Below the pieces are notes generated by a model, which searched no databases, was not told the DNA's origin, and worked only from the letters and a program-made list of their open reading frames with translations. A DNA stretch of 64,000 nt, taken from Chrysomallon squamiferum. Its lineage: Eukaryota; Animalia; Mollusca. The first letter of the stretch is position 1; each line of letters opens with the position of its first letter. Of this stretch, positions 42,601 to 55,900 are shown in pieces. The DNA is taken from NCBI GenBank assembly GCA_012295275.1, contig CM022678.1:2108001-2172000 (forward strand). Direction: 5' to 3'. The translations under genes were made by a program, and so were the position numbers.

Positions 42601-43469
42601 ATAAATATCTATATAATATATATATATAAATTCTCGACATTTAAAACTTAATTTATTGATTTCATATAAATATTTAATACAAGAATGTTTTGTTTGTTGT
42701 TTTTTTTAATAAAATATGAAAAAATTCATCATATAATTTTGAAGTTTATTTCTGTAAATTATTATTCTTGAATTGAAAATTATTAATTTTTTGTTGTTTT
42801 TTTTAATCTGAATTTTCTGCAACTTTCCTTCGTTAATTTTCATTTGAAACAATTCTTTGTTTTTAAATCTTAAAATACCTGTAACACTTTCTTTTTCTTC
42901 TTCCAGCTTTTTTTTTTAAAACATCAAATCCAAATTCCTCTTTATATTTTGAAAAAGAAAAAAAAAAAAAAAAAAAAAAAAAATCCATCGACTATCTATC
43001 TTCTCAAGTCTTCCATTTATAAAACATTTTATAAAATGTGTTTTTCAGTGTCTGCGTCTTCCTGTGTTTTTTTTTGTGTTTCTTTTCTTCATCGTAATGC
43101 GTGGTAACAAATCTCAAAACTTGACACATACAACAACATACACTCAGCCCTGTAACAAACAGAAATGAAGAAACAAAAAAAAAAAAAAAAAAAAAGAATA
43201 TGTTAGCTACGAAGAGAGGAAACCTCAAAGGAGAGTAGGACCGCAAGAACAGTCTTCTGCGGACAAAGTGTCTCGAGGTAAACATTGTTTATATCAGCCC
43301 ATTCCACAGTAAATATGATTCCACAATTTTAATATGCCAAGTCACAGTACCGCTTACTGCAGTAAACTTTTGGCATGTGAGTATATACATAGCCGACGAG
43401 AAACATAGGATGCTGGGAAATCTGCAAAAATAAATAAATAACAATAACAATAACAATAACAATAACAAG

Positions 43470-44288
43470 TTATTTGATACCTCTGTTAAAATAACTGATA
43501 TATTAAATAAAGTTGATATCTCACACTAACTTATTTGATATCTGCATTAAATAACAAATATATTAAATAATATTGATATCTCACACTAACTTATTTGATA
43601 CCTGTGTTAAAAAAACTGATGTATTAAATATTTGATATATTATATAATGTTGATATCTCACACTAAGCTAATACCTGTTTGATACCTGTGTTAAAATAAC
43701 TGATGTATTAAATATTTGATATATTAAATAATGTTGATATCTCCCACTAAGCTATTTGATACCTGTGTTAAAAAAACTGATGTATTAAATAATTGATATA
43801 TTATATAATGTTGATATCTCCCACTAAGCTATTTGATACCTGTGTTAAAAAAACTGATGTATTAAATAATTGATATATTAAATAATGTTGATATCTCACA
43901 CTAAGCTATTTGATACCTGTGTTAAAATAACTGATGTATTAAATATTTGATATATTAAATAATGTTGATATCTCACACTAAGCTATTTGATACCTGTGTT
44001 AAAATAACTGATGTATTAAATAACTGATATATTATATAATGTTGATATCTCACACTAAGCTATTTGATACCTGTGTTAAAATAACTGATGTATTAAATAA
44101 TTGATACCTCACACTAAGCTATTTGATACCTGTGTTAAAATAACTGATGTATTAAATAATTGATATATTAAATATTTGATATCTCACACTAAGCTATTTG
44201 ATACCTGTGTTAAAATAACTGATGTATTAAATATTTGATATATTAAATATTTGATATCTCACACTAAGCTGTTTGATACCTGTGTTAA
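43470..44288 (-). repeat. ~77-bp array (~12 copies) of the DGK stop codon plus 3'UTR donor junction
   Basis: TTAACACAG|GTATCAAA in each unit. It fills a putative 3'UTR intron 44279-43422 (acceptor TTTTTGCAG). Confidence 0.9.
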
Positions 44289-46186
44289 AGAGGACCACTT
44301 TCTTCATTGGGAGATTGTGCTTTAAGAGGTTCATTTTCAGGAAAAAAGATACTTGGTTCTGTGTTCCTCCTCTTTATCTTGTTCTTGCTCTTCTTTAGCA
44401 TTGTCGCCTGGCAAAACACAAACACATACACGTAAATGAAAAAATCCCAGAACAAAACATTATAAAATAAAATAAAATAAAATAAAATAAAAACTGTGGA
44501 CTGATTTAAATTAAGAAGACCCCCCCCCCCAAAAAAAAACCCCAATAATAATAATATTTAAATATTAATCAACAATAATCTCCAATGTGTTCTAAACTCT
44601 ACACTTGACCTTTGAACTTACTTTAAGAGCTGACCTCAGCACAACGACCTGACCTGCGGGTTGTATCCATGGTTCCCCGTCCACTTGTACGGCAATGTCG
44701 GTTAGCAACGTTATTCGTAGCTGCAACACAAGACAAAGTGAAAGTAAACAAAGTGAAAGTAAACAGGCAGGTTTGTGTTTCTAACTCTTTCTCTACACAA
44801 TTATCCAGAGGTTAAGGAACTATTTAAAGGGAAGGGAACAACATCTCTTTTCTTCTTTGAGACACACAGTCAGGAGGGATGAAAAGGTGTATATATATAT
44901 GTATGTATTTAAAAAGGTAAAGGTGCAGTTTTAGGGAAAGTATGATAAATCTTCCTCGCTATACACATTTGGAAGGCAATGATACAGTTGTCAGCTGAGG
45001 TATAATGTGTTTACCCTGTCATACATACTTAAAAGGCAAATGTACAGTTTTAGCTCAGGTATCATATATTTTCACCCTGTTACACATGTTTAGAAATAAA
45101 AAGAACTATCTACTGGTTCATACAGACACACCCTGTCACACCTGTTTAGAAGGGAGAGGAACAGTTTCAGGGGGAAGTAATCTCATTTTCACTATGTTAA
45201 ACACATTTAGGACAGAAGAAAAGAAAAAAAAGAAAAAGACTGTTTCAGGGGAGGTAAATCTTCACTCCACTCTGTCCACCACATTTAAACAGAAATCGGG
45301 GAACAGATAAAGAAAAGTGTTAACTGTAACCATTTAAATGTCCTTGAAATAAAGATTGATGATTTTGACTGTGCAGGGGGTGAGAACAGGGTGTGGTTGG
45401 GGCGGGGTACTCACATGTCCTCCCTGGGCGATGCGCATTGCCTGTCGAAGTCCGCTGTGAATCTGTCCCATGTGGACGACCCCAGTGACACCAACAATCT
45501 CCAGCATTCCATCGTAGTGGGTAGGTTTTGAAAAATTGTCTTCTTTTTCTGGCCCCCAAGGGTTGGCCCCTGAACCCCAACTAAACAAAACAAACAATGT
45601 TCAGTATTTTATAAATACAACAATCTATCTATTTCTTTATCTCAGTGTCCACTCTGCCTGCAAGTTATTAATAAAGTTAATTTTCTAGTTGTAGATAAAC
45701 ACATTTCTTCTGAAAATCTGGGTAACACTTTATTTTAATATTTCACATAAGCAATTTGTTTTTTTGTAAGTAGTGAACAAAATTATTTTGGGGAAAAATA
45801 TAAATAAAATATGTATTCTAATTTCAATAAATTAACAGGCCCATATCTAGAAGCAAATGAATATGAAAGAATTAAATGAATAAAATCTCTTTTGTAGAAG
45901 TGAACAGATGGCTTCCTATATGCGAACAATCCTATTTTTTTTTTAGTTAAAATGAATAAAGACAAACTCAATAAACAAAATCATTCTGTGCAGATGAACA
46001 GTATGAATAAAAATGAATACAGATGAATGAAGATGAATAACCTGAGAATGTTGAGGATAATGATCCCTTCTACTTGTGGCAAATCGAGAGGTTTGCCGTC
46101 AACTTCTATTTTTATGTGACGATGCAAATCTTTGCAAGACTTCCTGTTGACCATCTTCCTTAGCCCCATTTTTATATATACCCCAA

Positions 46187-46225
<39 letters not shown>

Positions 46226-46380
46226 ATACATTAGACATTTTTATATATACACCCTTGTTGTGTAATCTGTCAATAAACAAATAAATAAATAATAATCTGC
46301 AAGATAAATAAATAAATAAATAAATAAGACATTTTTATATATACACCCTTGTTGTGTAATCTGTAATATAAATAAATATA

Positions 46381-46411
<31 letters not shown>

Positions 46412-46452
46412 GACATTTTTATATATACACCCTTGTTGTGTAATCTGTAAAA

Positions 46453-46511
<59 letters not shown>

Positions 46512-47294
46512 GACATTTTTATATATACACCCTTGTTGTGTAATCTGTAAAATAAATAAATAAATAAATAAATAAATAAATACATTAGAAATAAACACCC
46601 TTGTTGTGTAATCTGTCAATAAATAAATAAATAAATAAATAAATAAGACATTTTTATATATACACCCTTGTTGTGTAATCTGTAAAATAAATAAATAAAT
46701 AAATAAATAAATAAATAGATAAATAATAAACAAATAAATAATATTGTATGTTTTTATACATACACACTTTTAACAAATACACAAATAGCCAACTATGATA
46801 TAAAAACGTGTATTACACACACTTTTAACAAATACACAGACAACTGTGACATAAAAAACGTGTATTACACACACTCTTAACAAATACGCAAACACACACA
46901 CATGTGATATTAAAAAACGTGTATATTACACACCTGCTATTAAATTTGTCTGGTTTCTCCTCTCTAGCCATGTGGAAGTCTAGACAGAGATCAGCGTCAA
47001 TGCCGATACCAAAATAATTGTTCATAACAAAAATGGATGTGGTGTCCTCGCTGGTGTTTGCAGTGTTGGTGTTGTTTGCTATTGCAACCTTCGCCTCATC
47101 CGTCTCCTTTTCATTCGGATGGAATATTACAGTCCACCTAGCAGTAGTTGTAGTAGTGGAGTAGTAGTAGTAGAGTAGTGGTAGTAGAAGTAATAGAAGT
47201 AATAAAATAGTAATAATAATAGTAATAGTAGTAATCACAATAGTAGCAATAATTAGTAATAACAGTAATAATAATAAGTGTAATAGTAGTAGTA

Positions 47295-47332
<38 letters not shown>

Positions 47333-49749
47333 TATTATTATTATAATAATGGTAGTAATAATACCAATACCAATAATATTTTGTGATATATCGTAATTCT
47401 AGTTGTAAAAATAATAATGGTAGAAATAATAACGGTAAGAATAATAATAATAATAATAATAACAATGGTAAAATAACAATGGTAAAATTAAAAAAAAATA
47501 TATAGGTAAGGCAAACCCCAAAAAGAATAATTTTTCAACTTTACTTTTGCAATTACGATGGTAACCACGGCAACGTACCTGTCTAATTTGATTTCCTCTG
47601 CATCAATGACATCTCTTAAGAGATTGAGGGGGTCCTCTCCCCAGTGTACCCTGGTCCCCACCGTAACACTCGGGCCAGGTCATTTCCTGTGAACAGAGGT
47701 CAAACATTAGCCAATAAATAAATCAGATTTAAAAACAGCAACTACACGCTAATTTCAGTATTTATTTAACACTTGAGTTTGCAGGAAGCAAATACCACTG
47801 ATGATGACAATAAAAAACATTTCACATAAAAACATTTCACTGGAGGGTTAAAATTATTATTATTTTCATTATTATTATTATTATTATGGATTATGTGTTT
47901 TTAAAATTTCATTTGTCATTTAAATACGGAACATTTGACATTACAAACTGATGACATGTGGAAATCAAAGACTGGACATTACAAACACAATGATGACATG
48001 TGGAAGTCAAAGACTGGACATTACAAACACAATAATGACATGTGGAAGTTAAAGACTGGACATGACAAACACAATGATGACATGTGGAAGTTAAAGACTG
48101 GACATTACAAACACAATGATGACATGTGGAAGTCAAAGACTGGACATTACAAACACAATGATGACATGTGGAAGTCAAAGACTGGACATTACAAACACAA
48201 TGATGACATGTGGAAGTCAAAGACTGGACATTACAAACACAATAATGACGTGGAAGTTAAAGACTGGACATTACAAACTGACCTGTGCCCAGTGGAACAA
48301 TGGCCATTGGCGGCGACGAACACACCCCGTCCTGCCCCACATTGTCCAGACACGACAGCACCCACCCCACTGTCCCATCCCCCCCACAGACAAGAATCTT
48401 GTAGTACGGTATGTTTCTGAACACATACAGTCTGAAAATAAAAAACATTGAATGTTATTTTTTTTTTTTATATATATATATATATATATACATCCGTTAA
48501 CATAACAAAAAATATTTTACATGTATGTTAAGACAGTGGGTAAAAAAAACGTCAAAATAAAATTAATAAATGTTATCTTTATTAAGTCTCAAATAGTTTT
48601 TTCTTACAAATGGTTGTGCTGCACACACACACACACACACACACAGAGAAACGAGTGAACGTACCCAGGCAGAGGACCTCCGTTTTCCAGGTTGAAAACC
48701 TGGTGTGGGTTGAGAAGTTTCCGGAAGGAGGTGATCAGTTCCAGCCCCTGACACCCCCCACTCTTCACGTTGACAAACACCAGCAGGGGGTTCTTGTTCT
48801 CAGGTATCATGTGTGGCTGCAACAGTCGAACATTTTCATTTGTTAGGAGAAAAACGTCACGCAAGGCAAGTTACAAAAAACAACATTTAAAAAAAACCCA
48901 GAAAGCATAAAAAAAAAAAAAAAACATTAAAAAACCAAGAGATTCTTTTATTTGTTCTGAAAAATCCATAGAAGATAATCTTTTCTTTATAAACAATAAA
49001 AAAACAACAAAAAAAACCCCCAGAAGTTACCCTTTTATCTTTTGTAAAACAATCCACAGAAGGTAATCTTATATTTCTTCTCATCAAAAAAAAAAAAAAA
49101 AAAAAAAAATCACAGCTGTCCTCATATTTATTATAAAACAATCAACAGAAAATAATCTTTTAGTTATTATTTAAAATTTTTTTTTAAAAAAAAACCAGAA
49201 AAGTCCCTTGGAAAAGGCTTTTATTATTTCTTAGTCATTCTTTATTATCAGCAAAGTTTGATCACCAATAACAAAGAAGAAAGTCACATGAAAGTACCAG
49301 AAAATATCTTTAAAGTGTTTGCTTTAAATCTGTACACCATGTTTAATAAACATCACATGTGGGGGGAAAAAAAAAAAAAAAAAAAAACATATTTGGATTG
49401 TTTTCTTGAACTATTCTTAAACAAGTTTTGAAAAACAAAAAATTTGAAAATTACCTGTATATTTGGTAGTAACATAACTAGAAGTTGCTTATCATCGAAC
49501 ACTGCGTCTTTCAGTATATTAAACACTTGAGTGGCTTTGTCTGGGGAATTGTACACTAAGACTAGAGAGCCGTACTCGTAATAAATCACATCAAAGTGAG
49601 TCCACTTTAAATCTGCAACGAAACAAAGCAGTTATTTCAAAAATAAATACTGTCACTGAAAAGATAATGAAATTATTAGAAATTATTAATAGTAGATAGC
49701 AACAAAGTGGGATCAGTTTTGAAACTGGATAGTAATAATAATAATAATA

Positions 49750-49793
<44 letters not shown>

Positions 49794-49948
49794 ATGATGA
49801 TAATGATGATGATAATGATAATAATAATAATAATAATAATAATGATGATGATGATGATGATGATGATAATAATAATAATAATAAAAAATAAACAACTAAT
49901 AAGAACAAAAAACAAAAAATAAATATTGTAATTAAATAAATAAATAAA

Positions 49949-49988
<40 letters not shown>

Positions 49989-52900
49989 ACAAACAAATAA
50001 AAAAAGGTAATAATAATTATTAGTTTAAAAATAAATACTGTAAGGTTATGACTGTAAATGGAATGAAATTATTAACAACAGACAGCATCAAAGATTAAAA
50101 GCATTAAAACTGTGTATCAAAAATAAAATAAAAATAAAAATGTAAAAATAATAACAAAAGATATTAAAAAAAATTAAAAGGATTAAAAAATTTAAAATAA
50201 ATATTGTAAATGAAGACAGTAAATGAAATTATTAACAGTAGTTATCGTCAGTGTGTTTCTGTTATAACAGTAGGATTACAAAGAGTTGTCTACCTTTCCC
50301 AATGATTTCTAGGAGTATTTTCTCGTACTGTCGCTGGGACAGGCCTGTGGGCAGGTTGCCGAGATACAGGGAAATACTCGGCCCGTGTGGGTCTTCCTTC
50401 TGTTGAAGGTAAAACCTGGTCATCCGATTCTGCCGCAAAGATTCCTAAAATACAGCAACATTATAAATAAATAAATAAATAACACATTTTTATTTAATTA
50501 CATATATTATTACAAACAATGACATTTATTTCTTAAAAATTAAAGACATTAGCAAATTATTTTAAGATACTTTCCTATTCAAAAGGGGCCAATCTTTTCT
50601 TAAGTGTGATAATAAAAAAACAACTATATTTTATCGTGACAAAGATTGTCACGACAACCTCACACTTTTTTTATTTCAATGTTATACCTTATTATTATGA
50701 ACTTGTTAACACAAGATCCTCACAAAATTACTATTTCTGTCATATTTTTTAATGTTAACAATGGCTGATCATCAGTGACTAGACACTATTGTTATTGCAG
50801 TCATACTTTATTATCATCAAAGAATGCTCATCAATAAATATATAAAACACTGGATGTATACAGATGAGATTCGTAAATATTATCACTTCTACTTTTATTT
50901 AGAACAGTTCTGCTACTGTACAACAGAATTAAGATAATTAAAGAAAAGAACTAACATTTAAAAGAACTGATTAACATATTAATGAACTAATTAGCATATT
51001 AATTAAACAGCTGATTGACGTACTTTTCTGCTCTGCTGTATCAGTTCCCAGGGTTTCTCATCGTGAGCTAAAGTTCTCTCTGTGACACCTCGGTCCAACA
51101 ACACCTCAACCAGGTCAAAGTTGTCTGTGTATGCCTCCTGTAACAAACAAACAAACAAATAAATAAACAAACAAACAAACAAACAAACAAACAACACCTC
51201 AACCAGATCAAAGTTGTCTGTGTATGCCTCCTGTAACAAACAAACAAACAAATAAACAAACAAACAACACCTCTACCAGATCAAAGTTGTCTGTGTATGC
51301 CTCCTGTAACAAACAAACACACAAATAAACAAACAAATATATAAACAAACAAATAAACAAACAAACAAATAAACAAACAAATATATAAACAAACAAACAA
51401 CACCTCTACCAGATCAAAGTTGTCTGTGTATGCCTCCTGTAACAAACAAACACACAAATAAACAAACAAATATATAAACAAACAAATAAACAAACAAACA
51501 AATAAACAAACAAATATATAAACAAACAAACAACACCTCTACCAGGTCAAAGTTGTCTGTGTATGCCTCCTGTAACAAAACAAACACACAAATAAACAAA
51601 CAAAAACATATAAACAAACAAATAAACAAACAAACAAATAAACAAAAAACAAACAAATATATAAACAAACAAACAACACCTCTACCAGATCAAAGTTGTC
51701 TGTGTATGCCTCCTGTAACAAACAAACACACAAATAAACAAACAAATAAACAAACAAACAAACAACACCTCTACCAGATCAAAGTTGTCTGTGTATGCCT
51801 CCTGTAACAAACAAACAAACAAATAAACAAACAAACAACACCTCTACCAGATCAAAGTTGTCTGTGTATGCCTCCTGTAACAAACAAACACACAAATAAA
51901 CAAACAAATATATAAACAAACAAACAACACCTCTACCAGATAAAAGTTGTCTGTGTATGCCTCCTGTAACAAACAAACACACAAATAAACAAACACACAA
52001 ATAAACAAACAAACAACACCTCTACCAGATCAAAGTTGTCTGTGTATGCCTCCTGTAACAAACAAACAAACAAATAAACAAACAAACAACACCTCTACCA
52101 GATCAAAGTTGTCTGTGTATGCCTCCTGTAACAAACAAACACACAAATAAACAAACAAATATATAAACAAACAAACAACACCTCTACCAGGTCAAAGTTG
52201 TCTGTGTACACCTCCTGTAACAAACAAACACACAAATAAACAAACAAATATATAAACAAACAAACAACACCTCTACCAGGTCAAAGTTGTCTGTGTATGC
52301 CTCCTGTAACAAACAAACACACAAATAAACAAACAAATATATAAACAAACAAACAACACCTCTACCAGGTCAAAGTTGTCTGTGTACACCTCCTGTAACA
52401 AACAAACAAATAAATAAACAAATAAATAAACAAACAAATAAACAAACAAACAAACAACACCTCTACCAGGTCAAAGTTGTCTGTGTACACCTCCTGTAAC
52501 AAACAAACAAATAAATAAACAAATAAATAAACAAACAAATAAACAAACAAACAAACAACACCTCAACCAGGTCAAAAACATCTTTATATGCTTCATGTTT
52601 TAAATAAATAAACAAACAAACAAGGTGATTAGGAGCTTCACCTCTAATCCAAACTTGCGTGACGCCTTTTTGATGACTTCCTCTGCAGTCATGTCGCGAT
52701 GCACTGCGATGTTTTTGTAACCACTTGGAGTTGACTGATTGAAGATACTGAAAGAAAACCGGAGAGTCAAACAAGGGGAGACAACACATTTCAGCCTTTA
52801 ACCATCTCTCATTTGACATACATAACTTTAAGTTAATGTAATCATTTTATGGTAAATAACAAATTTTTGTAAATCCAGAATTTTCTTTTAAACTAAATAA

Positions 52901-55900
52901 TAAAGGTTGTTTCTTTTTCATCTGATTAAATTTAACATTCACTCTGAAATAAAACAGCGGAATTTGCAGTATTTATATATACATCAATTAAATACCTACA
53001 ATTTAGTCAGATATTTTTACCTGTAATTAAGGGTACAATTTACTGATTATTATATTATGGGTATAATTTACTTGTATCTCAAATCTCCAAGGTTCAATTT
53101 GCTGACAATTGTGGATAAAACTTAAATGCATCGCAAGCCCCCCATGTACACTTTGATACAATTAAGGGTTCAACATACCTCCATCATTCCGAACTCCAGG
53201 TACAATTAACTTACAGTTAAGGGATACAACATACCTGTATCTCAAGCCCCCAGGGTACACTTTGATGTATCCTCTGTCTGGATTCTTTTCTCTGTACCGC
53301 AGAAATATGGACGGCCTCTTTCCATCAGGTGTTTTCAGTTGTGATCTTATCGGACTCGTCTCCTCCAGCTCTCTCTCACCTGTGTGAAAACAATCAACTC
53401 GTTTAACCACCTGAAACACCTTGCACTCCTTTCAGTTAACTCTTTTAACCACCTGAAACACCTTGCACTCCTTTCAGTCAACACTTTAGTCTCTGAGACT
53501 CAGTTTTATACACAGCCAGGCCTGTACAAACCAATGCTCAAAGAACGAGGTTTATTGCACATGGTGTGTTCAGTGTATGATATACTGTTTTTTGTAATAA
53601 TTTAATATTGTCTTAAAGATATAAATCTATTTGTGTAAATTTTAAAAACAAAGGTCTGAATCCAAAGGGTCAAGGTTAAGTCAATTAAAAACTGACTTAA
53701 TGAATTGTTGTTTAAGATTGTGTTAATTTAAAAAAAAGAAAAAAAAAAAAAGAGTTAGTATCCAAAAGGGTAAACCAACTAACATAAAAACATAGTAACA
53801 GCAGTCTCGCACAGTAAGAGTAGTAAACCAACTAACATAAAAACATAGTAACAGCAGTCTCGCACAGTAAGAGTAGTAAACCAACTAACATAAAAACATA
53901 GTAACAGCAGTCTCGCACAGTAAGAGAAGAGTAGTAAACCGACTAACATAAAAACATAGTAACAGCAGTCTCGCACAGTAAGAGTAGTAAACCGACTAAC
54001 ATAAAAACATAATGACAGCAGTCTCAAGACAGTAAAACATAGTAACAGCAGTCTCATAGTAACAGTAAGTCTCAAGAGTAAGAGAAGAGTAAAAACCAAC
54101 TAACATAAAAACATAGTGACAGCAACATAAAAACATAGTAACAGCAGTCTCAAGACAGTAAGAGTAGTAAACCAAAAACTAACATAAAAACATAGTGACA
54201 GCAGTCTCATAAAACATAGTAACAGACAGTAAGAGAAGAGTAGTAAACCAACTAACATAAAAACATAGTAACAGCAGTCTTGAAGAGTAGTAAACCTGAC
54301 AACATAAAAACATAGTAACAGCAGTCTAAGAGAACATAAAAACATAGTAACAGCAGTCTCAAACTAACATAAAAACATAGTAACAGCAGTCTCAAACACA
54401 GTAAAAACATAGAGAAGAGAGTAAACCTAACTAAAAACATAACATAAAAAAACATAAAAACATAGTAACAGCAGTCTCAACACAGTAAGAGAAAAGAGTA
54501 GTAAAACCGACTAACATAAAAACATAGTAACAGCAGTCTCAAGCAGTAAGAGAAGAGTAGTAAACTAACAACATAAAAACATAGTAACAGCAGTCTCAAG
54601 AGAAGAGTAGTAAACCGAGAACATAAAAACATAGTAAACCACTAACATAAAAAAAACATAGTAACAGCAGTCTCGCACAGTAAGAGAAAGAGTAGTAAAC
54701 TAACATAAAAACATAGTAACAGCAGTCTCGCACAGTAAGAGAAGAGTAGTAAACCGACTAACATAAAAACATAGTAACAGCAGTCTCGCACAGTAAGAGA
54801 AGAGTAGTAAACCGACTAACATAAAAACATAGTAACAGCAGTCTCGCACAGTAAGAAGTAAACTAACCATAGTAACAGCAGTCTCAAGACAGTAAGAGAA
54901 GAGTAGTAAACATAAAATAAAAACATAGTAACAGCAGTCTCAAGACAGTAAGAGAAAAGTAAAAACCGACTAACATAAAAACATAGTAACAGCAGTCTTG
55001 CACAGTAAGAGAAAAGAAGTAGTAAACCATAAAAACATACTAACATAAAAAACTAACATAAAAACATAGTAATAGCAGTCTTGCAGCAGTCTAACATAAC
55101 ATAAAAACATAGTAACAGCAGTCTCAAGAGTAAGAGAAGAGTAAAACCGACTAACATAAAAACATAGTAACAGCAGTCTCAAGACAGTAAGAGAAGAGTA
55201 GTAAATCGACTAACATAAAAACATAGTAACAGCAGTCTTGCACAGTAAGAGAAAAGTAGTAAACTAACATAAAAACATACTAACAGCAGTCTCGCACAGT
55301 AAGAGAAAAGTAGTAAACCGACTAACATAAAAACATACCACCATCGGAGGCCTCAGCCACATAGTAATTCTTGGGGTCGTCCGATATGTGGAATGTTTTC
55401 AGAGCTGCCTCCTGTAAAACAAACAAAATAAACAATGGAACTTTAAAATATGTCAAGATCAACACATTGATAACATGTTGTTTTTGTTTTAATTTTTTTT
55501 TTTCAATGTAGTCAGACAAAGTATTGTTAGTTTGATTATACAATGTATACAAATCTTAATAAAAGATTAATTTCTGCATTTTCTGTAGCAAGCACTAGCT
55601 TCATATTTTTTTTATCAATCATTATTTTTATCTCTTTATCAGTCACTATTTTCATTTCTTTTTCTGTAAGTAATCACTTTTAAAACTGTATTTTGTTGCA
55701 TATTTCTCAAATGACTCTTATACCTGTTCTATATTGATTTCCAAACATTTCAATAACACTGCACAAATGCAAAAATTTGTCTTTCTACCCATTCAGAAAT
55801 GTATTATGATGATTCCTGCCATGACAAATATAACTTTAATGTAACTTTTAACTTTTATTCCATTTGTTATTAAACTGATTTTATTATTTATTTAGTTTTA

